From a virus (lineage: Duplodnaviria; Caudoviricetes): a stretch of DNA of 59,124 bases. Positions 10,932-21,012 of the stretch are shown here, piece after piece. Position numbers and translations under genes: made by a program. Below the pieces are notes generated by a model. That model did not search any database, was not told where the DNA came from, and saw nothing but the letters and a program-made list of their open reading frames with translations. Positions within the stretch are counted from its first letter, which is position 1. Every line of letters begins with the position of its first letter. The stretch is from positions 1-59,124 of IMG/VR virus record IMGVR_UViG_3300020306_000005; one strand, 5' to 3'.

Positions 10932-13867
10932 TGGATTTAAATAGAATTATAGACCAAGTACTGTCAGAAAAGTTGATACAAAGCTCACAACAAAGTAAGC
11001 TCAGTAACGCTGTTCCTCAAATTATTCCTCCTTCTATAGATATGAAAGAAGTTGTTGGAGACTCATCTTCAGATCCAGCCCTTACAGGAGGTTTTGCAAA
11101 AGGGACAGAAAAACTACTAGCTGATCAATCTCTACCTTTACAAGATCCAAGATTAACAGCTATGAAAAATTTAAATGTTTTAAACATAGGTGCACCAAAA
11201 TCTGTACGAGCATTTATAAGTTTAGGACAGATGTCAGATCCTGAGTTACAAAAGAAAAATATAAATACTCAGCTAATGTCTCATTACAAAGAAAAAGGAT
11301 TAGTTTCTGATGACTATGATTTTGGATTAAGAATCGGACCAGCAAGTAAACAATTTGAATTCAAAGATCCTAATTTTGGTGGTCAATATAATATTATTGA
11401 TCCTATTGGTTTAGAAGGTGGTGACTTTGCTGATTTAGCAGGAGATATACCTACTTTAGTTAGTGAGGCATTTGCTGGATATTATGGCTCAAGAAAAGGT
11501 AGTTTTGTAAAAGGGTTAACATATTCTGCAGCAGCAGCATATATAACAGAAATGCTTCGTTTAAAAGGTATGCAACTTGCAGGTAAGTTACCAGAAAATT
11601 TAAATCTTGACGATTTTCACAGCACAGCATTAGATACAGCCCAGTGGAGTGCTTTAGGGGGAGCAGGTGGACAAATTGCTTATAAAGTAATGAGACCATT
11701 ACTTAGTACTGTTGGGCTTCTTCCACCAAAACTTCGTATGGATATGGATGAAGATACTTTTATAAAAGCATGGAATAGTTATAAAGACTCACCAGAAGCT
11801 ATGCTTGCAAAAGAACTTGATGTTCAACCAACCTCTGCTCAAGTAGCACAAATAGGTGCAATGAAAGCACCAGCAAGCGAAAAAGCGAAGTTTGAAGATG
11901 TTGCTTCTTTATTAGCTTTAGAAGAAAAGAAAGTAATGACTTCTCCTTCTGTAAAAACAGGAGCAGAGGTTCGTATTCCAACAATCGAAGCAAAAGCAAA
12001 AGCAACAGATATTTTAAAAACAAAAGCAGGAGAAGGTGTAGAGACATCTCGAATACCAAATATAGACGAAAAGTCGTATTTAGAAGTAGGTCAATTTGTT
12101 AAAGAGGCATCTAAAAATAATTATGAACAAGCAGTAAATGTATTAAATAAAAACGTAGACGATCAAATCGTTGATTTAGAAACACAACTTGGTAATATTG
12201 TAGATCTACCTGACAATGTTGTAACTCCAGGAAAAGTTGGAGAAGTATTAAAAGAAACTCTTGACCAATCTTATGTAAAAATAAAAAAGGGGTTTGATAG
12301 AAGTTATGAAAATATTTATAAAACATGGGAAGACGCAACAGGAATTACTAGAGATACCATTTTAAAAGAAGGACAAGTAATTAAACCTGCAGAATTATTA
12401 AATGAAGTAGAAACTATTAAAAAGACTTTTGCTAATAGAGCTTTTGTAGATAAAGAAGAAAAAGAATTAATTAATAATATTTATAATACATTTACAGTAT
12501 TAAATCCAAATACAAATAGGCGAAAGCTTGTTCCTGTTTCGTTAAAAACAATAACAGAAAATTTGAGAGATTTAAAAAGATTAGAGAGACAAGCTTATAA
12601 AAAAAGACTATCAGGAGCAGATGCACCTTATGCAGATACATTATCAAATTTAGTCGAAAAATTAGAAAAAACTCGAAGTAGAGTATTATCAAGAAAAGGA
12701 GTTCCAGAGGGGTTATCTGATTCGTTAAAAGCTTTAGATGATAGTTTTGCATCTTTTGCTACAAAATTTAGAAGCACTCAAACTTCAGCTATCGCTAAGA
12801 TAAGAAAGAGGACAACAACACCAGAGGACGCATTTAATATTTTATTTAAAAAAGATAGTAAAGGTCAATCTCAAGTATCAGAGCTTACTGACGAATTAAA
12901 AAAAGCAGAAAATTTAGAGCTTAATGAATATGTAAGCGATAGTATACGAAATAAATGGTTAAATACAGTTGTTACTAGAGATCGAAGAACGAACGCTATA
13001 ACCAGTATTAATTTAAAAGCCCATGAAAATTTTATAAATGAATATGGTACTCTATTTAATAATTTTTTAAGTAATGCAGAAAGAAGAGCTCTTAGTACAG
13101 GTACAGTAAAAGAGTTTGGCGAAGAGTTAGTAAAGACACAAGTAAATAAAGCTCAAAAACTAAATGAGTTAAAAACACTATTAAAATTAGAAGGTGGTGA
13201 ATTACTTAAACCAGAAACTTTATTTAAAGAGGTATGGCAACAAAAAGAAATTAGTAAGTTTAGTAGAGCTTTACCTTTAATAAAACAGAACGATGAAATT
13301 TTTGACTCTTTTAAAGCATTGATTTATAAAGATATGTTTGATCCTCAAAATAAAATGACTTTAAAGCAAGGTAATCTTATTGTTCCTAATTTAGATAATT
13401 TTATTCCATATATTCAAAATAATAAAGCAAAGTTACAAGATGTTTTTGGTTCAGAATATGTTACAAATTTAGAAAAAGTAGTAGATGCAATAAGACCAGC
13501 ATTAACAGATGTTGTTCCTCGTTCTGTAAAAGAGGACAATAATATTGTTACCACTGCCTTAAGAAGTTTTGTTGGCGTATTTACTCGACCAGGAAGAATT
13601 TTAACAGCGATAAATAAAGCAAGAGGAAGATTAAGAGAAGATGCTCTAGTCCAAGGATTAATCAATCCTGAAAAACTTGCACTCATGGCAAAAGCAACTA
13701 AATTTTCTCCTGAACATTCTCAAGCTGTAACAACTCTTGGTCGAATATTTTTTGGTGACGATAGAGCATATGCTACAGAGGATGAAATGTTAAATGTTGA
13801 TAGACCAGAAACAGCAAAAGCATTAATACTTGAATTAGAAAGAAACAGAAGAAACAGTAACAGGTAA
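10931..13867 (+). CDS. large internal virion protein
   Basis: 978 aa helical ORF coupled to the upstream gene. Confidence 0.5.
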   Translation: MDLNRIIDQVLSEKLIQSSQQSKLSNAVPQIIPPSIDMKEVVGDSSSDPALTGGFAKGTEKLLADQSLPLQDPRLTAMKNLNVLNIGAPKSVRAFISLGQMSDPELQKKNINTQLMSHYKEKGLVSDDYDFGLRIGPASKQFEFKDPNFGGQYNIIDPIGLEGGDFADLAGDIPTLVSEAFAGYYGSRKGSFVKGLTYSAAAAYITEMLRLKGMQLAGKLPENLNLDDFHSTALDTAQWSALGGAGGQIAYKVMRPLLSTVGLLPPKLRMDMDEDTFIKAWNSYKDSPEAMLAKELDVQPTSAQVAQIGAMKAPASEKAKFEDVASLLALEEKKVMTSPSVKTGAEVRIPTIEAKAKATDILKTKAGEGVETSRIPNIDEKSYLEVGQFVKEASKNNYEQAVNVLNKNVDDQIVDLETQLGNIVDLPDNVVTPGKVGEVLKETLDQSYVKIKKGFDRSYENIYKTWEDATGITRDTILKEGQVIKPAELLNEVETIKKTFANRAFVDKEEKELINNIYNTFTVLNPNTNRRKLVPVSLKTITENLRDLKRLERQAYKKRLSGADAPYADTLSNLVEKLEKTRSRVLSRKGVPEGLSDSLKALDDSFASFATKFRSTQTSAIAKIRKRTTTPEDAFNILFKKDSKGQSQVSELTDELKKAENLELNEYVSDSIRNKWLNTVVTRDRRTNAITSINLKAHENFINEYGTLFNNFLSNAERRALSTGTVKEFGEELVKTQVNKAQKLNELKTLLKLEGGELLKPETLFKEVWQQKEISKFSRALPLIKQNDEIFDSFKALIYKDMFDPQNKMTLKQGNLIVPNLDNFIPYIQNNKAKLQDVFGSEYVTNLEKVVDAIRPALTDVVPRSVKEDNNIVTTALRSFVGVFTRPGRILTAINKARGRLREDALVQGLINPEKLALMAKATKFSPEHSQAVTTLGRIFFGDDRAYATEDEMLNVDRPETAKALILELERNRRNSNR

Positions 13868-13872
13868 CTTAA

Positions 13873-14352
13873 ATGGATCCAGCAAGTATTGGATTAGCAA
13901 TCACAGCAGCTTCTAAAGCATTTACAGCAATTAAAAATGGTTTCGCAGTAGGTAGAGATATTGAATCTATGGGAAAAGATTTAGGTCGCTGGATGGGAGC
14001 ATTAAGCGATATTGATAATGCTGAAAAGTCTGCTAAGAATGCATCACCACTTCGTAAATTATTTAAAGGTAAAGAAATAGAAGCAAGTGCTATCGAAGCA
14101 TTTACTGCAAAAAAGAAATTAGAAGCACAGCGACAAGAATTAAAATCATTTATAAACTTTCACTATGGTGCTAATTCATGGAATGAAATACTGCACATGG
14201 AAGCTGAGATAAGAAAGAAAAGAAAAGAAGAAATATATGAAAGACAAGAAATGATAAGAAAAATATGGGAATATATTGGTTGGACTTTTTTATTTTGTAG
14301 TGTGATTGGTTTTATTATTTTTCTTGCTTGGTTATATAAGGAGAGTCGATGA
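13873..14352 (+). CDS. hypothetical membrane-anchored coiled-coil protein
   Basis: MDPASI N-terminus, C-terminal hydrophobic helix. Confidence 0.6.
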   Translation: MDPASIGLAITAASKAFTAIKNGFAVGRDIESMGKDLGRWMGALSDIDNAEKSAKNASPLRKLFKGKEIEASAIEAFTAKKKLEAQRQELKSFINFHYGANSWNEILHMEAEIRKKRKEEIYERQEMIRKIWEYIGWTFLFCSVIGFIIFLAWLYKESR

Positions 14353-14429
14353 TGAACGATAATAGTTTTATATATTTAACATTAGGTATTTGGTCTCTTG
14401 CGTTTATTTTAGGGTTTACAATAGGATGA
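14349..14429 (+). CDS. 26-aa membrane peptide (not in ORF track)
   Basis: MMNDNSFIYLTLGIWSLAFILGFTIG; AGGAG RBS and ATGA overlaps at both ends. Confidence 0.5.
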   Translation: MMNDNSFIYLTLGIWSLAFILGFTIG

Positions 14430-14746
14430 CACAAAAGAAACTACAAAAACAATCTATTTATGCTGAGTACGATGAAGACGGTGATGGCATTGTATCAGAC
14501 GAAGAACTTTCTCATGTTGCAGAAATAAAAAAGCTAGAGCATGATCTTAGGAAGCAAAGGGCTCAAAGGCGTATGGCTACTGCAAGTTTGGTTGCTATGG
14601 GTAGTTTTACTCTTGCTATGTTTTTTGTCGATCTCGAAAGAGTTAAAGCACTTGCCGATATTAGCAATCTTTTCTATATCACTGGTGGTGGCATTGTTGC
14701 TGCATACATGGGTGCATCAGCCATAATGAATAGGAACGGTAAATGA
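14426..14746 (+). CDS. membrane protein with EF-hand-like loop (possible holin-like)
   Basis: Likely start MTQKKL; DEDGDGIVSDEE loop plus two TM helices. Confidence 0.55.
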   Translation: MTQKKLQKQSIYAEYDEDGDGIVSDEELSHVAEIKKLEHDLRKQRAQRRMATASLVAMGSFTLAMFFVDLERVKALADISNLFYITGGGIVAAYMGASAIMNRNGK

Positions 14747-14937
14747 AACCAGCTTTTGTATTATTATGTTATCTAGCAGGACAACCAGCAGGAATGTTAC
14801 ATTTTTCAAGTGTAAATAATTGTGATTATTTTAAAAAGTATTTAAATGATCAAACTATAGTCATAGGAGAAGAACAAAAAGACTATCGTTGTTATTGTAA
14901 ATTAGTTAAAGTAAATGAAAAAATGAGAATATATTGA
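14743..14937 (+). CDS. hypothetical Cys-containing small protein
   Basis: ATGA-coupled ORF. Confidence 0.55.
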   Translation: MKPAFVLLCYLAGQPAGMLHFSSVNNCDYFKKYLNDQTIVIGEEQKDYRCYCKLVKVNEKMRIY

Positions 14938-14980
14938 AGTAAAAGTGCAAGACTTATTTAGACACTTAAGGTTATATACT

Positions 14981-15283
14981 ATGACAAATAAAAAGAAAAA
15001 AGATCCAAAAGTTGGAACAGGAAAAAAGCCAAAGGGTTCTGGCAGACGCTTATACACGGATGAAAATCCTAGAGATACGGTTAGTATCAAATTTGCTACA
15101 GAAGCAGACGCCAGAGCAACGGTTGCAAAGGTTAAAAAAATTAATAAACCGTATGCGAGAAAAATACAAATCCTTACGGTTGGAGAACAAAGAGCAAAAG
15201 TAATGAAGAAAACAAAAGTAGCTAGTATTTTTAAAAGAGGTAAAGAGCAAATAAGAAAAGCACATAAGAAGACCTCTGCATAA
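14981..15283 (+). CDS. basic hypothetical protein
   Basis: DPKVGTGKKPKGSGRRLYTDENP motif; probable ATG at 14981. Confidence 0.65.
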   Translation: MTNKKKKDPKVGTGKKPKGSGRRLYTDENPRDTVSIKFATEADARATVAKVKKINKPYARKIQILTVGEQRAKVMKKTKVASIFKRGKEQIRKAHKKTSA

Positions 15284-15954
15284 TGGGTGCTTTAATTTGT
15301 AATCTTCCAGCTCAACATGTATGGGTACGAAAAGAGTATCTCATGGATCATGAATCAGGGCATGGAGAGTATGTAAAAGGTATTTGGATAAGTGCTAAAT
15401 CTATTCCTGGACGTGCTTTTTATTTTGAAACATATCTTCCAGATTATGGTGCTATGTTTGATAAACTACCAATAAGTGCTTTTTTATCAGAGCCTAAAAA
15501 GCCTGAGCCTGACATGTCTTTACCTAATTTACAATTTTGGAATTGTATGGATTATGATGTTACTTGTATTTACAAACAATTTATAGGCTCTATGGATTTT
15601 GAGGCGTTTACTAGAGATCATGGGTTTCAAGCTGGAACTTACATTTGTACTTTAGATAATTATCATAGGGATCCAGACACAATAGACTATAGTACAAGTG
15701 AACAACCAGATGAACATAAATCTTTTAACTTATTAGAATTAAATAATGGACAATATTGTTTATATCCAAACAATAGAATGAGAGTTTATGACAATAGCTT
15801 AACTCCAGAAAAACCCTTTACACCAGATTTTAAAGTAAGCACAATATATTATCAAGTAGAAAATGGTAACAACACTAGATTAGGAGATACAGATGAATAC
15901 TACTGGAAAACAAAAGAAGAAAAAGACAAAGACCACAAAAAAGCTATCAAGTAA
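15283..15954 (+). CDS. conserved phage hypothetical protein
   Basis: 223 aa; LQFWNC and NGQYCLYPNNR motifs. Confidence 0.65.
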   Translation: MGALICNLPAQHVWVRKEYLMDHESGHGEYVKGIWISAKSIPGRAFYFETYLPDYGAMFDKLPISAFLSEPKKPEPDMSLPNLQFWNCMDYDVTCIYKQFIGSMDFEAFTRDHGFQAGTYICTLDNYHRDPDTIDYSTSEQPDEHKSFNLLELNNGQYCLYPNNRMRVYDNSLTPEKPFTPDFKVSTIYYQVENGNNTRLGDTDEYYWKTKEEKDKDHKKAIK

Positions 15955-16045
15955 ACAAATGAAAATAGCAAGTCTTGCACCTCCAAGAAATAAAATCACA
16001 GGTGCTGATTTTAAAAAATTAAGAAAAGCAAAAAAGCGAGGATAA
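15893..16045 (+). CDS. small basic protein (50 aa, not in ORF track)
   Basis: TAGGAG RBS; MNTTGKQKKKK...APPRNKITGADFKKLRKAKKRG. Confidence 0.5.
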   Translation: MNTTGKQKKKKTKTTKKLSSKQMKIASLAPPRNKITGADFKKLRKAKKRG

Positions 16046-16046
16046 T

Positions 16047-16442
16047 ATGTTACAAGCATTGATTGGACCTGCTACAAAATTACTTGGGAAGTTTATCGAG
16101 GACAAAGATACTAAAAATAAACTTGCTCATGAGATTGCAACAATGGCTGAGCGTCATGCTCAAGAATTAGCAAAGGGTCAACTCGAAATAAATAAAGCAG
16201 AAGCATCTCATCGTAATATCTTTGTTGCAGGGTGGCGACCTTTCGTGGGGTGGACTTGTGGAGTCGCTCTAGCATGGCACTTCGTACTTGCACCTTTTAT
16301 AATATTTTTCTCAGCTTACTTTGGTGTACAACTTCCAGAACTACCTACTTTTGATATGGAATCACTTATGACAGTTTTACTTGGTATGTTGGGACTCGGT
16401 GGATTAAGATCTTTTGAAAAATATAAAAAATTAACTAAATAA
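16047..16442 (+). CDS. 3TM holin (GTA-holin/DUF3154-like)
   Basis: FVAGWRPFVGW and LLGMLGLGGLRSFEK motifs. Confidence 0.8.
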   Translation: MLQALIGPATKLLGKFIEDKDTKNKLAHEIATMAERHAQELAKGQLEINKAEASHRNIFVAGWRPFVGWTCGVALAWHFVLAPFIIFFSAYFGVQLPELPTFDMESLMTVLLGMLGLGGLRSFEKYKKLTK

Positions 16443-16468
16443 GTAATGAGTTCAAAAAAAAGTCTTTA

Positions 16469-16548
16469 TATAAGCGTCGTATAGAGGGTGCAAAGGGTAC
16501 GTCTGGTATAATTATACCTAAAAATATCTTCAACTATATACGCTTATA
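16469..16548. repeat. nested inverted repeat between convergent genes
   Basis: TATAAGCGTCGTATAG ... CTATATACGCTTATA enclosing the perfect palindrome GGTATAATTATACC (16505-16518). Confidence 0.7.
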
Positions 16549-16561
16549 AAAAGGGGCTATA

Positions 16562-16792
16562 TTAAATTGATGCCTTATATCTAGTCATATAAGGACTGAT
16601 TTGTCTAACTTTTAGCTCGTTTTTTAACTTACCTATGAAATCAACCATATGTCTTCTTTCTTTCGCAACTTCAGAGTTGTAAGGATAATAATCTAAATTA
16701 TTTTCAGCATCAAATTTTTCTAATAAAAGTGTAGTACTTTTAATACAAAGATTAATTTCCTTTTGCGATAATTTCATATGAGATTGAGCCAT
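16562..16792 (-). CDS. hypothetical protein
   Basis: Coupled to the lysozyme gene. Confidence 0.55.
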   Translation of the reverse strand: MAQSHMKLSQKEINLCIKSTTLLLEKFDAENNLDYYPYNSEVAKERRHMVDFIGKLKNELKVRQISPYMTRYKASI

Positions 16793-17238
16793 TATGTATT
16801 AATACTCTTCATTCTGTTTACTAAACGGTTTGCTCTATTTGGTACTTGTTTATACCATCTTGAATCTATCATTTGGTTTGCAGCTTCTTTCCAATCACGA
16901 TTATCAACTGCTTGTTTCATTTTATGAAATCTAGAGAGACGAGGTCTGCCCATATTAAACATCATGTTAGCAATAATATATTGTGCTTCTTCAGGAAGAT
17001 CATCAAAATCATTATAAATAAGCTTACACTCATCAATCGTTACTTTTATATCTGTTTCAAATAATTCATTAACTCTTTCTTCGTCAATCTTAGTGCCTAC
17101 TTCTAGCCCATGTTCAGGATCATCTTCTTTTATTAAGTGTCCAATCCCACAAGTGGGTAAGCCTAAATGATCTAAATAGACTTCGTATTTACAGCCCTCA
17201 TCATTTTCTATCTCTACTCTTAATCTATTTATATCCAT
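16792..17238 (-). CDS. endolysin, GH24/T4-type lysozyme
   Basis: DEG...YLDHLGLPTCGIGHL catalytic E/D/T pattern; NMMFNMG; SRWYKQVPNRA. Confidence 0.9.
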   Translation of the reverse strand: MDINRLRVEIENDEGCKYEVYLDHLGLPTCGIGHLIKEDDPEHGLEVGTKIDEERVNELFETDIKVTIDECKLIYNDFDDLPEEAQYIIANMMFNMGRPRLSRFHKMKQAVDNRDWKEAANQMIDSRWYKQVPNRANRLVNRMKSINT

Positions 17239-17239
17239 A

Positions 17240-17455
17240 TTATCCTACTCTTTCTAAAGGTTCGATACTAAGTTTATATCCCATATTATTTAATACTTTT
17301 TCAAAGTTTTCTACAGTGGGCTGTCTTTTTCCAGCTTCCCAAGTCCATACGGTTATCTCACTTACACCTGTGTTACTAGAAACTTGCCTTTGTGACATAT
17401 GTTTCTTTTCTCGTAGTTCTTTAAACTCATGAATTAAATTAGCCATTTTTTCCAA
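17240..17455 (-). CDS. XRE-family HTH regulator
   Basis: LREKKHMSQRQVS...TVWTWEAGKRQP HTH_3 pattern. Confidence 0.85.
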   Translation of the reverse strand: MEKMANLIHEFKELREKKHMSQRQVSSNTGVSEITVWTWEAGKRQPTVENFEKVLNNMGYKLSIEPLERVG

Positions 17456-18891
17456 TCTTCTCCTAATACCTGAGTCGCAAGATTAATTTTTTGTCTTAAA
17501 GCTTTTACAATTACTTCATCGACAGTTTTTTCTGCAACTAAGTCTATGTAAGTAACTTTAGAAGTCTGACTTATTCTATGCACTCTATCTTCTGATTGTA
17601 ACCTTACTTCAAGATCATAGGAATTACTATAATAAATTACTGTATTGGCAGCAGTCAGTGTAAGACCATAACCTCCAGTTCTTGGCTGTCCTATAAAAAA
17701 TCTTAAAGTTTTATCCTTTTGGAATCTTTCTACTATTTCTTGTCTTTTTTCTCCAGGAGTATCCCCATAGTAACTTTCTACTACTTCTTCCCCATACTTT
17801 TCTTTTAATATAGATTCTAATGCTTTTATATTATGTCTATAGTTAGCCCATATAATAGCTTTTCCATTTACTTCTTCTAATATTTCTAAAAGTTCAGTAA
17901 GTCGATTACTTTTTAATTCAACTATCGATCCAGAATCTGTTCCTACGAAACCACAACTTATCTGATGTAGTCTTAATATTTGTGTTATAACTGCATTAGC
18001 AGTAACTTGTTCCATATCGTCAAGTAAAGATACTGCATTCTTTTTCATATCTTGATAAATTTTCTTTTGTTCAGGAGTTAATTCTATTGTTCTTTTTATA
18101 TACGTCTTTTGTGGTAAATCCAAACATTGCTCCTTTGTAACTCTATATGAATGAGGTTTTATTGAAGTAGTTAGTTCGTCTAAATTACGAAAACCAATAA
18201 TATGGTTATATTGATGAGAACCTGCTGATCTTCTTATCATGTCTGCAAATCGACTACAAAAAGAATAATAAGATCGAAAACCTAGTAGTTCTTCGCTAAG
18301 AAAAGCAAACTGTGAATATAAGTCTAAAGGTGATTTAGTTATTGGTGAACCTGTTAGTATTCTTTTATACTTTGCCATCTTACCTAATTGAATAGCGTTC
18401 TTAGTTCTTAATGCTCTATGGTTTTTTATTACAGTTGATTCGTCTATCGCTAACAATGTTCCTTCGTTATGTAATCCATTTTTATGGTTAAAGATAAATC
18501 GCTTGGCTATATCTAAACCTTTTTTAGTCGATAAAGCTTCAATGTTCATTACAAATATTTGTAAATCAAAAGTGCCTACCCATATTGCTTCTATTTCTTT
18601 TTTAATTTTTTCTGTAAGAGGAGAACTCCAATAAGCTATCTTATATTCGATATGGTCTGGTAAATGTGTAGGTATTTCTTGCCCTACCCAGTTTTTGTAA
18701 ACACCTTTAGGGGCAAGTATAAAAGCTGAATTAATTTTACCAGCATCATATAAATAAGCAATAGTATCTATTAATACTTTCGATTTTCCAGTTCCCATAT
18801 CCATTAACAATGCATATTCATCTTTTTCGCAAGATGTTTTTAATGCATCGAGTTGATGTTTATAGGGTTTCGTTTTAAACCTAAATTCCAA
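17434..18891 (-). CDS. SNF2-family helicase (TTG start)
   Basis: MDMGTGKS, DES, LTGSP, GLTLT and QSEDRVHRI SF2 motifs. Confidence 0.9.
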   Translation of the reverse strand: MEFRFKTKPYKHQLDALKTSCEKDEYALLMDMGTGKSKVLIDTIAYLYDAGKINSAFILAPKGVYKNWVGQEIPTHLPDHIEYKIAYWSSPLTEKIKKEIEAIWVGTFDLQIFVMNIEALSTKKGLDIAKRFIFNHKNGLHNEGTLLAIDESTVIKNHRALRTKNAIQLGKMAKYKRILTGSPITKSPLDLYSQFAFLSEELLGFRSYYSFCSRFADMIRRSAGSHQYNHIIGFRNLDELTTSIKPHSYRVTKEQCLDLPQKTYIKRTIELTPEQKKIYQDMKKNAVSLLDDMEQVTANAVITQILRLHQISCGFVGTDSGSIVELKSNRLTELLEILEEVNGKAIIWANYRHNIKALESILKEKYGEEVVESYYGDTPGEKRQEIVERFQKDKTLRFFIGQPRTGGYGLTLTAANTVIYYSNSYDLEVRLQSEDRVHRISQTSKVTYIDLVAEKTVDEVIVKALRQKINLATQVLGEDWKKWLI

Positions 18892-19045
18892 TATATCCTT
18901 CTACTTTCTTTCGGATAACTCTAGCAGAGCAAATCATGCTAGAGCTAGTCCACCTAATCCCAAATCTACAATTCAATTAAGGAGAACTAAAGTCTACTAT
19001 ATAATATTAGAACAGTATATAAGAAATTTATGATAAAAAGTGCTT

Positions 19046-19148
19046 CACGACCCTTTATCTATGATAACTTAAAAATAAAAGTCATACTATTGTTATATAA
19101 TTAAAACAAAGAGTTAAGTACACTATTATGAGATTATGAGATTATGAC
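19046..19148 (-). repeat. copy A of a dispersed inverted element (17-mer plus 3x8-bp iterons)
   Basis: CACGACCCTTTATCTAT (19046-19062) and ATTATGAG-ATTATGAG-ATTATGAC (19125-19148); reverse-complement counterpart at 37795-37907. Confidence 0.85.
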
Positions 19149-19262
19149 GAGACTTTTAAAACTTGTAATATTAAAAACGATTTAGAATCACAATGTTGCA
19201 TAAAATAATAGTTTATTAATATATAAATAAGGTATAAACTAATTTAGTTAGGAGAAAGTAGA

Positions 19263-19610
19263 ATGGATAAAAAACAACCTACAGTTTATGTAGTACAAGA
19301 TTTTGGTACCAAGAATATCTCTGGTGCTAGAAGATTTGGTGAAATAAAAGTTTTACTACCACCTAATAGACAAATCGTTTTAAGTTCTGCCCCAACCGTT
19401 TCAAGGTTGAGGGAAGGCTTAAATGGTTTTTCAGACGATGACTATTTACTGTTAATGGGAGATCCTGCTGCAATCGGTATAGCTTGTAGTATCGCATCAA
19501 ACATTAATGGTGGAAAGTTTAAAATGTTAAAGTGGGATAGACAAGAAGCTTTATATCTTCCCATTAATATCAACCTTAAATACTTTGGAGAGTATGATGA
19601 ACAATCTTGA
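19263..19610 (+). CDS. conserved hypothetical protein
   Basis: Strong RBS; DDYLLLMGDP and LKWDRQ motifs. Confidence 0.7.
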   Translation: MDKKQPTVYVVQDFGTKNISGARRFGEIKVLLPPNRQIVLSSAPTVSRLREGLNGFSDDDYLLLMGDPAAIGIACSIASNINGGKFKMLKWDRQEALYLPININLKYFGEYDEQS

Positions 19611-20157
19611 CGATATCCTCAGTGGTGAGGCGTTAAATACCATAAATGTCAAGGCGACACCTGATGAGTTAAACAGGTTAAGCAGATTGGCAAACGAACT
19701 TATCCATAAACAAAACGAAGTAAAAGAATTAGAAGATTCTATTAAGGCGTTTAAAGATAGGATAAGACAAATCTCCGAACAAGAAATACCTGACTTTTTA
19801 GCAGAAGTTGGGTTATCGAGTTTCGAGTTAGATAATGGCACTAAGATTAAGGTTGAGCCTTTCGTTAGGGCTCACATATCTAAAGACCGATCAAAAGAAG
19901 CACACGCTTGGTTAGAGGATAATGGTTTTGGTGACATTATTAAAAGAGAAGTGAACTGTAAGTTTAATAAAGGCGATAATAAATATGTCGAACTAAAAGA
20001 TAAGCTTGACGATTTAGGACAGTCTTATACGACTAAAGAATCAGTTCACCATGCAACTTTAAATTCATTTGCTAAAGAACAGATGGAAAAAGGAACAGAT
20101 ATTCCTATGCAACTATTTGGTCTTTACAGTGGATTCATAACTAAAATAACTAAATAA
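19594..20157 (+). CDS. conserved replication-region protein
   Basis: WLEDNGFGDIIK and VHHATL motifs; GGAG RBS before ATG 19594. Confidence 0.65.
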   Translation: MMNNLDDILSGEALNTINVKATPDELNRLSRLANELIHKQNEVKELEDSIKAFKDRIRQISEQEIPDFLAEVGLSSFELDNGTKIKVEPFVRAHISKDRSKEAHAWLEDNGFGDIIKREVNCKFNKGDNKYVELKDKLDDLGQSYTTKESVHHATLNSFAKEQMEKGTDIPMQLFGLYSGFITKITK

Positions 20158-20167
20158 GGAGGATATT

Positions 20168-20962
20168 ATGGCTGAAAAAGCAGTTGCAACAAAAGAAGAT
20201 ACATCTATTGTTACTATAAATGATGATCTTTTATTAAATGGAACAGGATTAGAGGATACAACATCAGAAGATTTTGCTATTCCTTTTATTCGTATTATAC
20301 AATCTGGTAGTCCACAGACTAAAAAAGCTGATGGTAAATATGTAAAAGGTGCTGAAGAAGGCGATATCATAAATACTGTTAGTAACCAAATTACTGGGGG
20401 TGAGTCAGGAATATATGTTGTTCCAGTCTATTACCAAAAGAAGTACATCGAATGGAAGCCAAGAGAGTCTGGTGGTGGGTTAGTTAATGCTGACCATGAA
20501 AGGACTATACTTAATCAATGTACACGAAACGAAAAAAATAAATTCGTTTTAGAAAACGGTAATTACATTGACGAAACAGCACAGTTCTATGTGATGGTAA
20601 CTAATGCAGAGGAAACTGAGTGGCAACAAGCAGTTATTAGTATGTCATCTACACAGCTTGGTAAAGCTAGAAAATGGTTAAGCCAGATGAAACAAAGACG
20701 TGTAAAGAATAGTAAGGGTGATTTAGTTGAAGCCCCAATGTTTATGTTTCGTTACTTAGCTAAAACTATGTCAGAGTCTAATGATTTAGGCAGTTGGTAT
20801 GGTTGGTCTATAGGTTTAGATAAACCTGTAAAAGATCAAAACTTTTTAATGGAAGCGAGTAGTTTTCTAAAAAGTGTACGTGCTGGTGAAGTAAAAGTTA
20901 AGCAAGAAGATTCTAACGAGGACTCTGCTAACTCTAAAGATACAGACGAAGTACCGTTCTAA
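20168..20962 (+). CDS. putative ssDNA-binding protein
   Basis: IPFIRIIQSGSPQ motif; acidic tail ending DEVPF. Confidence 0.65.
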   Translation: MAEKAVATKEDTSIVTINDDLLLNGTGLEDTTSEDFAIPFIRIIQSGSPQTKKADGKYVKGAEEGDIINTVSNQITGGESGIYVVPVYYQKKYIEWKPRESGGGLVNADHERTILNQCTRNEKNKFVLENGNYIDETAQFYVMVTNAEETEWQQAVISMSSTQLGKARKWLSQMKQRRVKNSKGDLVEAPMFMFRYLAKTMSESNDLGSWYGWSIGLDKPVKDQNFLMEASSFLKSVRAGEVKVKQEDSNEDSANSKDTDEVPF

Positions 20963-20966
20963 GGTC

Positions 20967-20990
20967 AGGGGGCAAAAGCCCCCTTTCTTT
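20967..20990 (+). terminator. Rho-independent terminator
   Basis: AGGGGGC-AAAA-GCCCCCT followed by TTCTTT. Confidence 0.7.
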
Positions 20991-21012
20991 ATCAGGAGGA
21001 TATAAAGGTAGA

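Noticed and set aside
17240-17455. Lysogeny repressor or prophage switch
   Set aside because: No integrase, att-flanked host genes or divergent cI/cro pair; the HTH lies inside the SNF2 operon.
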